From Candidatus Nomurabacteria bacterium (lineage in GTDB: Bacteria; Patescibacteriota; Minisyncoccia; Phycocordibacterales; UBA9973), in NCBI GenBank assembly GCA_003155695.1, contig PMDZ01000005.1:49913-113912 (forward strand): 64,000 nt of DNA, written 5' to 3'. A program made the position numbers and the translations under genes. Shown one piece after another: positions 9,283 through 18,044 of the stretch. How positions within the stretch are numbered: position 1 is the stretch's first letter; the number at the start of each line of letters is the position of its first letter. The notes below the pieces were generated by a model, which saw nothing but the letters and a program-made list of their open reading frames with translations, searched no databases and was not told the origin of the DNA.

Positions 9283-10725
9283 TTATTTTCTTAAAAACAA
9301 GGGGGCCTCTGGTTTTTTGTTTTCTTTAATTAATTCTTGGATTTTTTTAGCAGTTTCTGGAATAACAGATTCTAGAGCTAAAGCTGCACCGTATAAATGG
9401 AATAGTAAATAATATACGTCTTTTTCTGCCTCTTCTTTATTTATTTTAATTTTTTTAAATGGTTCATTCTTTTGAATGTATTCATCTAGGTTTTTTAAAT
9501 TAAACCAAATATTATTTATAAATTTATTTAGATCAAAATTTTCCAAATCCTCATTTGTATCTGTATAATATTTCATTTTTAAATCTTCATCGGATAATTT
9601 TACTCCATAATTTGTTGACATAGTCATGATTCTCGAAACCAAATTTCCTAGACCGTTGGCGAGTCCCGAGTTGTAGGCATCTTTGAATCGCTCAAGGGTG
9701 AATGGACTGTCCTCAAACGAGGAGATTTCACGGAGAAGGAAATAGCGGAGGGCGTCTGTGCCATATTCGGCGACTATATCTCTTGGGTCAACGCCATTGC
9801 CGAGCGATTTGGACATTCTGGTGCCTCCCTCAGCCGTTATAAAGCCATTCACAACGATTTGGTGTGAATTAGGCAATCCAGCCGCCATAAGCATTGCTTG
9901 CCACGTTGCCGCCTGAAAACGGGTATTATCTTTACCGCAGTATTGTGTTGGGGTTCCTCGCACCCAGTATTTTTCGAAATCATCCTGTTTATCCGGCCAA
10001 CCAAGTGTTGAGATGTAATTTGTCAGGGCATCGAACCAAACATACATCACATGCTCCTTATCATCCGGCACTTCTATTCCCCAAGGCATTTTCTCTTTTA
10101 AGCGGGAAATAGAAAAATCTTGTAAACCACCTTCAACAAAATTTTTTATTTCATGGAATCTAAACTCTGGGATGACAAAATTAGGTTTTTTTTCGTATAA
10201 ATCCAAAAGTTTTTCACCAAATGCCGAATATTTGAAAAAATAATTTTCTTCGTCAATCAGTTCAACTTGTTTTCCAGGATGGAGAAGACATTCACCTTTT
10301 TCGTTCAATTCCGAATCGGTTTTCTCGCTTTCGCAACCGACACAATATTTGGTTTGATAACTTTTTTTATAGATATATCCGTTATCTTTGACCCTTTTCC
10401 AGAATTCCTGCGCTGCCATCTCGTGATATTTGTCTGTTGTTCTGACAAAATGGATATCCGGACTTACTCCAAACATTTTCAGTTGTTCTTTAAAAGTTTC
10501 AAACCCTGCATCGACAAATTCTTTCGGGTCTTGGTCTTTCTCTATTGCCTTTTCATAATTTTTCTTTCCATGTTCGTCAGTCCCGGTATTAAAATAAACA
10601 TCGAAACCCTGAAGTTTCTTGTAACGCACAATTGTGTCGGCTCGGACAAACTCAAGAGCGTGACCCATATGAAGTGGGGCATTGACGTAAGGAAGTGTGG
10701 TTGTCAGATAAAATGTTTTTTGCAT
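9283..10725 (-). CDS. metG: Methionyl-tRNA synthetase, minimal form
   Basis: It has the class I HMGH motif (PYVNAPLHMGHALE), the MetRS zinc knuckle CVGCESEK...C and KMSKS (RMSKSLGNGVDP). The start at MQKTF follows AGGGAGA, and the alternative upstream ATG at 10767 is less likely. Confidence 0.8.
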   Translation of the reverse strand: MQKTFYLTTTLPYVNAPLHMGHALEFVRADTIVRYKKLQGFDVYFNTGTDEHGKKNYEKAIEKDQDPKEFVDAGFETFKEQLKMFGVSPDIHFVRTTDKYHEMAAQEFWKRVKDNGYIYKKSYQTKYCVGCESEKTDSELNEKGECLLHPGKQVELIDEENYFFKYSAFGEKLLDLYEKKPNFVIPEFRFHEIKNFVEGGLQDFSISRLKEKMPWGIEVPDDKEHVMYVWFDALTNYISTLGWPDKQDDFEKYWVRGTPTQYCGKDNTRFQAATWQAMLMAAGLPNSHQIVVNGFITAEGGTRMSKSLGNGVDPRDIVAEYGTDALRYFLLREISSFEDSPFTLERFKDAYNSGLANGLGNLVSRIMTMSTNYGVKLSDEDLKMKYYTDTNEDLENFDLNKFINNIWFNLKNLDEYIQKNEPFKKIKINKEEAEKDVYYLLFHLYGAALALESVIPETAKKIQELIKENKKPEAPLFLRK

Positions 10726-10726
10726 A

Positions 10727-11794
10727 CTATGTCTCCCTGGCGAGAATTTTCTTCTTTTCAAGGTCATCCAAAAATTCCAATAGACAAACTGCCGATGGTA
10801 TAGCCAGAATCACACCCAAAAATCCAGCCAGTTCTATCCCGATAATAATGGAGAGGACAACAACAAGTGGAGATATGCCTATAACTTTTTTTATTATCAA
10901 AGGATATATCAAATAATTCTCAAATTGATGAAGAATAAAATACAAACCAAAAGAAAGGAATGCCATAGTCGCTCCACCATTCAAAAATCCAAACAAAACT
11001 ACAGGAATTACCGCGACAAAGATTCCGAATGGGACAAGTTCACAGAACGCTGTCAAAATGGCAAGCACAAGTGAATATTTAACTCCCAAAATTGTCAGTC
11101 CCAAGTAAGCGAGAACTCCAATGATAAGTCCCAAAAGCATCTGCCCTTGGATCCAAAGGCCAATCTTGTGTTCTGTGCGTTGCCAAAGATCAATGATATA
11201 TTCTTCGCTGTGGCGTGGTACAACAATACGTAAGAAGTTCTCAATACCTTTTTCGGTAATTGAAAAATAAAAAGATATTATTATAATCAATATAAAATTT
11301 AAGACACCCCCGAATGCTTTATCAAAAATATCCAGGAACCCACCCGATAGATTAGAAATCAAATCTTGGACACTTTTAATAATATCACCCAAGGAAGCAT
11401 TGTGAGAAACAGTAGATACTATGTTTGTTGCACTTGAGATTGTATCAGGCTGAAAAGTATTAAAGATACTACCATGAGGAATATATTGGCTGAGAGATGC
11501 GACAAGAGCGGACATTTCATTTACAAATACAGGCATGAAAACAGATGACAATCCTACTATTATGCCAATGACTAATATATAGATTAGGAAAACTGCAATT
11601 GATCTACTTTTTATGTGGCGTCTAAGTTTTTTAACTGCCGATTCGACAAAAGAAGCGATGACTATGGCCACAAGAATAATAAGTACGACGTTAAATAATT
11701 TAATAAGAGCAAAAACCAGCACTCCTAAAAGGAGTATTTTTATCAGGGTATTTGTCGAGATACTTATATGCAGGTTTTTAACTTTTCCATCCAT
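10727..11794 (-). CDS. AI-2E family transporter (UPF0118/PerM-like)
   Basis: A 355-aa polytopic membrane protein with the family's typical N-terminal helices and a conserved C-terminal region (GISPLVVVLSIIIGIELAGFLGVILAIP). Confidence 0.7.
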   Translation of the reverse strand: MDGKVKNLHISISTNTLIKILLLGVLVFALIKLFNVVLIILVAIVIASFVESAVKKLRRHIKSRSIAVFLIYILVIGIIVGLSSVFMPVFVNEMSALVASLSQYIPHGSIFNTFQPDTISSATNIVSTVSHNASLGDIIKSVQDLISNLSGGFLDIFDKAFGGVLNFILIIIISFYFSITEKGIENFLRIVVPRHSEEYIIDLWQRTEHKIGLWIQGQMLLGLIIGVLAYLGLTILGVKYSLVLAILTAFCELVPFGIFVAVIPVVLFGFLNGGATMAFLSFGLYFILHQFENYLIYPLIIKKVIGISPLVVVLSIIIGIELAGFLGVILAIPSAVCLLEFLDDLEKKKILARET

Positions 11795-11825
11795 ATACTC
11801 CTATAATAACACATTATTACACGAA

Positions 11826-13097
11826 TTAGAATTTTAGGATTTTCTTGAACTTACCGCTATCTTTAAATGGCCCGATAATAGCAAGGTTTAAGTTTTTGAT
11901 TTTGAATATAATCTTTGCCATTTTTTGTATGTCGTTTGAGGTTACCTCCTGAATTTCTTTAATTTTCGTCTCAAGAGTTTTTATCTCTCTTTTCATAAGT
12001 TCTTGAGTACCGTAAAAACTGGCAATATCATCAGTCGCCTCAAGGGACATTTTTATATTCCCTATCAAGAATGATTTAACTTTATTTAATTCTTTCTCCT
12101 CTACTTTTCGATTCACCAAATTGTCGCACTCTTTCAATATTTCTTTTATGACTTCTTCGACTCGTTTATTATTGACTCCAGCCGATATTTCGAAACTTCC
12201 GTAGTCAAGTGATGTATTATTAAACGCTCTGACATAATAAGCCACACCCATTTCTTCGCGAAGTTTAATAAATAATCTAGAACTCATTCCGGCACCAAGA
12301 ACTCCGGAAAGCAAGGAAAGAATCATATTCCTTTTATCAAAGAGTGAAAAAGTGCGGACTCCAAGAACAAAATGTGTCTGGTCCGTTTCTTTAAATTTTA
12401 CCAATACTTTGGGATTTGTTTGAACATCTTTTGTTTTTGATTTTTTGATTTTTGTTGTAGATTTTATATTTTTAAAATATTTTTCTGCTTCTTTATAGAC
12501 TTCCTTATTTGTAATATTCCCTGAGACGATGATAACAGTACTGGCGGCAACATAATGACTGCTCTTATAATTTACAAAGTTATCCCGAACCATTTTGTGA
12601 ATATTTTCTTTTGTTCCGGCAATGCTCCACCCGGCTGGTTGATCACCGTATAAAACTTCATCGAACAAATCCTGAACGTGCGCTTGTGGAATATCTTCAT
12701 ACATATTTATTTCCTCCGTAATAACTCCTTTTTCTTTTTCTATTTCTTTTTCCGGAAAAGTCGAATTTAGATATATATCGGAAACAACATCGAAAATTTG
12801 TTTAAAATTTTTGGCATCACCTTTGGCATAATAGCCGGTCAATTCGTGGTCGGTAAAAGCATTATATTGGCAACCCAGAGAATCAAGCTCGTGCGATATG
12901 GCTTGAGCATTTTGCCGCTTTGAAGTCCCCTTGAAGCACATGTGCTCAAGAAAGTGTGAAATACCATTTATCTCTTTTGTTTCATAATTGCTCCCTGTTC
13001 CGACAAGGACAAGGACTGTCACTGTCGGATTATCCTTCATCGGCACAGTCACGACTCTAAGCCCGTTTTTATACGTCTTTTTGATGGCTTTTTGCAT
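11826..13097 (-). CDS. M16-family (insulinase/pitrilysin-like) zinc peptidase
   Basis: It has the inverted zinc motif HFLEHMCFKGT (HxxEH) and two M16 half-domains. Confidence 0.8.
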   Translation of the reverse strand: MQKAIKKTYKNGLRVVTVPMKDNPTVTVLVLVGTGSNYETKEINGISHFLEHMCFKGTSKRQNAQAISHELDSLGCQYNAFTDHELTGYYAKGDAKNFKQIFDVVSDIYLNSTFPEKEIEKEKGVITEEINMYEDIPQAHVQDLFDEVLYGDQPAGWSIAGTKENIHKMVRDNFVNYKSSHYVAASTVIIVSGNITNKEVYKEAEKYFKNIKSTTKIKKSKTKDVQTNPKVLVKFKETDQTHFVLGVRTFSLFDKRNMILSLLSGVLGAGMSSRLFIKLREEMGVAYYVRAFNNTSLDYGSFEISAGVNNKRVEEVIKEILKECDNLVNRKVEEKELNKVKSFLIGNIKMSLEATDDIASFYGTQELMKREIKTLETKIKEIQEVTSNDIQKMAKIIFKIKNLNLAIIGPFKDSGKFKKILKF

Positions 13098-13166
13098 AAG
13101 GCAATATTACCATATTTTGAGGGAGATAAAAAACAAAAAATTGCTAGGTCTTGCCTGGCAATTTTC

Positions 13167-14468
13167 TTAATTCATTTTATCTTTTATATAGTCAATTATA
13201 TCTTCTTTTTTTATTCTTTCTTGATTGCCTGTATCGCGGTCACGGATAGTCACTGAATTATCGGTAAGAGTATCAAAGTCGATGACGATGCACCACGGTG
13301 TACCGATTTCATCTTGTCTTCGGTAACGTTTTCCGATATTACCATTGTCATCCCACATAACTCGTCCGAATTCATCTTTGAGTGCGCGATAAACCAAGTG
13401 AGCATAATCACGAAGTTCCTGTTTGTTTTTAAGAAGTGGAGAAACAGCACAAATAACCGGAGCGACGGTCGGACTGAAAGCCAGATACGGTCTTACTTCT
13501 TCCCCACTCATGTCCTCTTTATAGACACTCGATAAAATGGCAAGAATAATTCTATCTACTCCAAAAGTAGGTTCTACTACATGCGGAATAATTTTTGTAC
13601 TTGTCTCCTCGTCTTGATAGAAAAGATTATGATTCTTCAAATCAAAATCGGTTCTATATGCCAATCCATAAAGTTCCTTCTGTCCGAATGGAAAATCAAA
13701 CTCAAAATCAATCGTGCGTTTGGAATAATGAGCCAAGTCTTCCTTTTCGACTTCAAGCTCATGAACTTTATTCATGTCTACACCCACCATTTCAACCCAA
13801 GCAAGTGTTTCATTTTTCCAATATTCAAAATATTTTTCCCAATCTTCTTCTTTCAAAAAAAATTCAATTTCCATTTGCTCAAATTCCCTGACGCGGAAAA
13901 CAAAGTCACGGGGAGTTATTTCATTCCTGAAAGCCTTTCCGATTTGCGCCATACCGAAAGGAAGTTTTGGATGAAATGAATCAACAATATTTTTGAAATT
14001 TACAAACATTCCCTGAGCCGTTTCCGGACGTAGATAAACTATAGCCGAAGAATCTTCAACGGCTCCAATATGAGTTTTAAACATCATATTGAAAAGACGC
14101 ACTTCCCCGGTCTTTCCCCCACAATCATCGCAAATCCCTTCAACTTTCAATTGGTCGGCGCGAAAACGCCTTTTGCATTTTGTACATTCAACCAAAGGGT
14201 CTGAAAATGTATCGACATGCCCGCTTGCTTTCCAAACCGCCGAATTCATAATAATCGCCGCATCAACACCATATATATCTTCCCGAGAATCAACAAACTT
14301 TTTCCACCAAAGATTTTTTATATTATTTTTTAGAGCCACTCCGAGTGGCCCATAGTCGTAAGTTCCGGCAAGTCCACCATATATCTCTGAGCCCTGATAA
14401 ATGAATCCTCTTCTTTTGCAAAGCGATATTATTTTTTCCATTAAATTGTTTTCGTTTTTTTCTTGCAT
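13167..14468 (-). CDS. glyQS: Glycyl-tRNA synthetase, class II alpha2-type
   Basis: It contains MEKIISLCKRRGFIYQGSEIYGGLAGTYDYGPLGV, the class II motifs and a C-terminal anticodon-binding domain. The preferred start is MQEKNENN at 14468, directly after the heptamer/A-run leader. The longer ORF to 14537 would translate the repeat itself. Confidence 0.85.
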   Translation of the reverse strand: MQEKNENNLMEKIISLCKRRGFIYQGSEIYGGLAGTYDYGPLGVALKNNIKNLWWKKFVDSREDIYGVDAAIIMNSAVWKASGHVDTFSDPLVECTKCKRRFRADQLKVEGICDDCGGKTGEVRLFNMMFKTHIGAVEDSSAIVYLRPETAQGMFVNFKNIVDSFHPKLPFGMAQIGKAFRNEITPRDFVFRVREFEQMEIEFFLKEEDWEKYFEYWKNETLAWVEMVGVDMNKVHELEVEKEDLAHYSKRTIDFEFDFPFGQKELYGLAYRTDFDLKNHNLFYQDEETSTKIIPHVVEPTFGVDRIILAILSSVYKEDMSGEEVRPYLAFSPTVAPVICAVSPLLKNKQELRDYAHLVYRALKDEFGRVMWDDNGNIGKRYRRQDEIGTPWCIVIDFDTLTDNSVTIRDRDTGNQERIKKEDIIDYIKDKMN

Positions 14469-14474
14469 TTTTTT

Positions 14475-14492
14475 AATTCGTAATTCGTAATT
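14475..14492 (-). repeat. Heptamer-repeat leader element (CGAATTA)n followed by A6 and the glyQS ATG
   Basis: The plus-strand sequence is tttttaattcgtaattcgtaattatta. It lies between the upstream stop (14494-14496) and the glyQS ATG (14466-14468). The block is identical to the element before rpsR. Confidence 0.6.
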
Positions 14493-14493
14493 A

Positions 14494-16395
14494 TTATTGT
14501 ACCACTCTTGCATTAGTTTGAATAAAGTTTGGATCATTCAATAATAAGGTAGTAATAGCCCCATAGTTATCTTTGATTACCGTATTTGTAAATGAATCCG
14601 TACCGGACAGAAAAACTTCCTTCATAAGTTGGGGAACACTATCCACCTGAGACAAAGAAGGACTAATAGAAATAATGAAGGAAATTTCACGATTTGAATT
14701 TATTCCAGTACCGGGAAGAACTGAACCCATGTTCCAAATCACTTCTCTGGTGACATCATTATAAGTTAAATTATCGTTTTGTCCCGAAGCGAGTCCTACC
14801 CATTTAATATATATCGGTAAAGCTGAACGTGCTTGCGCTTGAGTTATACTATTTGCCGAATTTGAAAGAGTCCAGGTAACTATGTATTTCGTTTCGGTTT
14901 CCGCCTTTGGAGGCATACTACCGGAAAGATAATAAGCAGATGAGGCAATTTGAAAATCAGATGATACTTTGACTATTTTTTCGGAAAAATTATTTATGTC
15001 ATCATAAGTAGAACCTAGGAGTGGTTTCCTACCTTTAATACTGACTTTAATGGAGATTTGTGGACTTTTTGCTATATATGATGAATTAATGAGAGAAAGT
15101 GGTTTCAAACTGAAAGTAACTGACCCTTTTCCGCCCGGATTTATTTCTGCCAGTTGCGGGGTTGAATTTCGGTCCCAAATAATTTGATTTTTGGCTGAAT
15201 CATAGAAACCGTTATTGGGATTGACGCTACTCTTGTCAAAGACATTTCCGGATAAACTTACAATTATTTGTCCATCAGTTATACGTGTCGGCAAATTATT
15301 CGCCCAATCTATCTCGGCATTAATAGTCTCGCCTCCTGAAACAACATATTCTGTTTTATCTTGACCATCAACCAAAATATGAGCATCAAGGAATGGTTTT
15401 GCGATAAGAATTTTCTGTAAAATGGAACTATAAACAACATTCACTGTCGATCGGTCGGTTCCGTTTGTCGTTCCCGCATAGGCATGGAATACTTGTTCGT
15501 CACCATCTTGGCCGATAAGTCTTCCCTTAATTTCAACAGTTATAGGATTGGTAAGGGAAAGAGATGAAATATCCCAAATAGAATTTCCCAAGAGTGGAGT
15601 AGGTGTAGCACTATCAAAGACAAAATTAGTGGGATATATGACTTGTAATATAGGACTTTCTCCTGTCAAAGAAGTATTGAGTGTGGCTGTGATACTAAAA
15701 GATATCGGCTGATTGGAAATGGCATCCGTAGGAGCATCTACATTAAGAGAAAGTGGCGCTAAACTTATTGTAACAGGATAATATTTGTCTTTGGAAAAAA
15801 TTGCATTTGACCCTTCCGGATGGTATTCCAAACTGATTTTTACATTTCTAACCGATTTCTCTTCTCCAAAAAGTGTAACTTTAATATTGCGGAGGACACT
15901 TTCCCCTGGCTTGATTGTTCCAATGGAATCTCGAGGTAGGCGAACAACGTCAGTCGTATTGTCATCCGCTCCTTTAGGATATTCGACAATCAAATCCGCC
16001 AATTCAAGACTTGCGGCATTGTTATTGGTAATTTCAATTTGAAGGGGTAGTTCATCTCCACCTTTGGTGAAAGAATTACCTACTACGTCTATATTTATTT
16101 TATCACTTGAAACAGAAACATCATTTTGAGAAAATTTATAATAAGCAAATCCAAGCGCTCCGACAAAAAAGATAATCGAAGCGATAAAAAACTTTTTGAA
16201 TACTGACATTGGTGGTTTTATAAATATACTATTTATACCACCTTCTTTTTTTGTTGCCTCATCACTCCATTTTCCAAGAACCTTGTGTTTTACCGGATGT
16301 AATATTCCCTCTCTCTGGTGCCCAATGGTCTTATCATTGGGGTCATAAAGGTTTCTTTTTATATCTTCGATTTTGTTTTTATTCTCTTCATGCAT
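14494..16395 (-). CDS. Large membrane-anchored surface protein with repeated beta-rich (Ig/CARDB-like) modules; function unknown
   Basis: A 633-aa protein with a ~65-aa cytoplasmic N-terminus and a single TM (FFIASIIFFVGALGFAYY). Five to six repeated segments of alternating hydrophobic/polar beta-strand pattern follow (ISFSITATLN, SVTFSLKPLS, EISFIISISPS). Confidence 0.4.
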   Translation of the reverse strand: MHEENKNKIEDIKRNLYDPNDKTIGHQREGILHPVKHKVLGKWSDEATKKEGGINSIFIKPPMSVFKKFFIASIIFFVGALGFAYYKFSQNDVSVSSDKINIDVVGNSFTKGGDELPLQIEITNNNAASLELADLIVEYPKGADDNTTDVVRLPRDSIGTIKPGESVLRNIKVTLFGEEKSVRNVKISLEYHPEGSNAIFSKDKYYPVTISLAPLSLNVDAPTDAISNQPISFSITATLNTSLTGESPILQVIYPTNFVFDSATPTPLLGNSIWDISSLSLTNPITVEIKGRLIGQDGDEQVFHAYAGTTNGTDRSTVNVVYSSILQKILIAKPFLDAHILVDGQDKTEYVVSGGETINAEIDWANNLPTRITDGQIIVSLSGNVFDKSSVNPNNGFYDSAKNQIIWDRNSTPQLAEINPGGKGSVTFSLKPLSLINSSYIAKSPQISIKVSIKGRKPLLGSTYDDINNFSEKIVKVSSDFQIASSAYYLSGSMPPKAETETKYIVTWTLSNSANSITQAQARSALPIYIKWVGLASGQNDNLTYNDVTREVIWNMGSVLPGTGINSNREISFIISISPSLSQVDSVPQLMKEVFLSGTDSFTNTVIKDNYGAITTLLLNDPNFIQTNARVVQ

Positions 16396-16421
16396 ACGTT
16401 TTATTATAGCACAAAATAGCC

Positions 16422-17006
16422 TTATAACTGACTCTCATTTAGAGCTTTATTTATATGAGCTATTATGGATTGCCTCTCTTTGAGTAACATTTCCGTCTTA
16501 TTGCAATCAAATGAGGAGCATAAATATTTCGACAACATATCGGAATCACCAATATATCCAAGGCTGTTCATAACCCGCAAAACCAGATGTAATTCAAGTG
16601 CTTCGCGAGTTGAAGACGACATATACTCATTATCGAGCAAATAAAGCGCTTGGATAAAGTCGTCGAAAATTGTTTCGCTCGGGCTTTCCCCGGTGCAAAG
16701 ACGCTCGAGTAATTTGCCGACTCTAGTCATTAAAATTAAAGAGGGTTCGTTATATCTCGCAAGCGGAAACGACGAAATATGCTTTGCCGAAGTCACTCGC
16801 CATAATTCTCTGCCACGAACCAAGTCGACATTTACATAGGAAAAGTCCTGTAAAGTGAAACGAAGTTTTGATTTGTGGAACCTCACTCCCTGAACGAAAG
16901 CACGAACAAGCCCCATCTCCCTCGTATAAATAGTCAACATCTTATTCGCCTCACCCATATTGCGAGATGAAAGTATAAATCCATGTGTGTGGTGTATGTG
17001 GTGCAT
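16422..17006 (-). CDS. recO: DNA repair protein RecO-like
   Basis: The N-terminal OB-fold region (GFILSSRNMGEANKMLTIYTREMGLVRAFVQGVR) resembles RecO. At 194 aa it is short, and the C-terminal zinc motif was not seen. Confidence 0.5.
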   Translation of the reverse strand: MHHIHHTHGFILSSRNMGEANKMLTIYTREMGLVRAFVQGVRFHKSKLRFTLQDFSYVNVDLVRGRELWRVTSAKHISSFPLARYNEPSLILMTRVGKLLERLCTGESPSETIFDDFIQALYLLDNEYMSSSTREALELHLVLRVMNSLGYIGDSDMLSKYLCSSFDCNKTEMLLKERQSIIAHINKALNESQL

Positions 17007-17011
17007 AATAT

Positions 17012-17626
17012 TTATTTTAACATATTATTTATAGTGTTTAACATGTCATTTGGGTCGTCAATTATTGTGATTGGGTTACCCTTTCCAAGAGTTTCTCTGT
17101 CATGGAAACCCCAAGTAACAGCTATCGATTTTACTTCACATTTTTGGGCTTCTCTTATATCTCCCAAAGTATCCGTAATGTAAACAGTATTTTCCGATGA
17201 AATTTCATATTTTTTAAGAATATTATTTATTTTTTCGACTTTGTTTGAAGTAAAATCATAACCTAAGACATCATCGAAATACGCCAAGAGATCTTCACGT
17301 TTTAATATTTTTTCAATAGATGAAGTTTGGGTCGAGGAAACTATAGCTAAAATATATTTCAAGGATAATTCTTGAACAATTTTTTTAAGAATATTTGGAA
17401 CTTTTATTTCGCGAGTATGTTTATCGTATTGACAAAAATAATCTGGATGAGATATTAATTTTCTGTTTTTGAGAGCTTCATGTAAATTCTCCTCATAGAG
17501 TGACTTAAATTCATCTAATTTTACATTTTCATTCACTTCTTTAAATACATCATAACTGGCAATCAGAGTGTCAACCAGTACCCCATCAAAATCAAATATA
17601 ACTATTTTTTTATTTTCCGGATTCAT
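17012..17626 (-). CDS. HAD-superfamily hydrolase
   Basis: It has motif I, IVIFDFDGVLVDT, with the DxD nucleophile, and a C-terminal DTLGD. Confidence 0.75.
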   Translation of the reverse strand: MNPENKKIVIFDFDGVLVDTLIASYDVFKEVNENVKLDEFKSLYEENLHEALKNRKLISHPDYFCQYDKHTREIKVPNILKKIVQELSLKYILAIVSSTQTSSIEKILKREDLLAYFDDVLGYDFTSNKVEKINNILKKYEISSENTVYITDTLGDIREAQKCEVKSIAVTWGFHDRETLGKGNPITIIDDPNDMLNTINNMLK

Positions 17627-18044
17627 TTTGCAAATATTTTTGCGCTTTTCTTAAAACATTTTTCGTTTCTTCAAAACTTAGAGTATCAAGAGCTTCTTGA
17701 AAAGTTGCCCATTTGTATTCACAAATTTCGGATTCCTGCATAACTACCTTATCTTCTTTTGTAAAAGCAATGAAAAGTTCAACTGTTTTATCGTATTTCT
17801 CTCCGCCCAACTCAAAAGTATATCTATCTATTATATTAGGCAGTCCTGTAAACTCAATATCACTAATTCCGGTTTCTTCTCTTAGTTCACGAATTGCGGA
17901 TTCGCGCGGGGTTTCTCTTTCCTGTGCGTGCCCTTTTGGGAAACTCCAATGTCCATCCGTCTGATTTAATATCAAAAATCTGTCTTCGTCACCGTCTCTA
18001 CGAAGTACAAGAATGACACCATAACTTTTTTCTTTTTTATTCAT
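17610..18044 (-). CDS. NUDIX hydrolase
   Basis: It has the Nudix box GHAQERETPRESAIRELREETG. Confidence 0.8.
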   Translation of the reverse strand: MNKKEKSYGVILVLRRDGDEDRFLILNQTDGHWSFPKGHAQERETPRESAIRELREETGISDIEFTGLPNIIDRYTFELGGEKYDKTVELFIAFTKEDKVVMQESEICEYKWATFQEALDTLSFEETKNVLRKAQKYLQNESGK

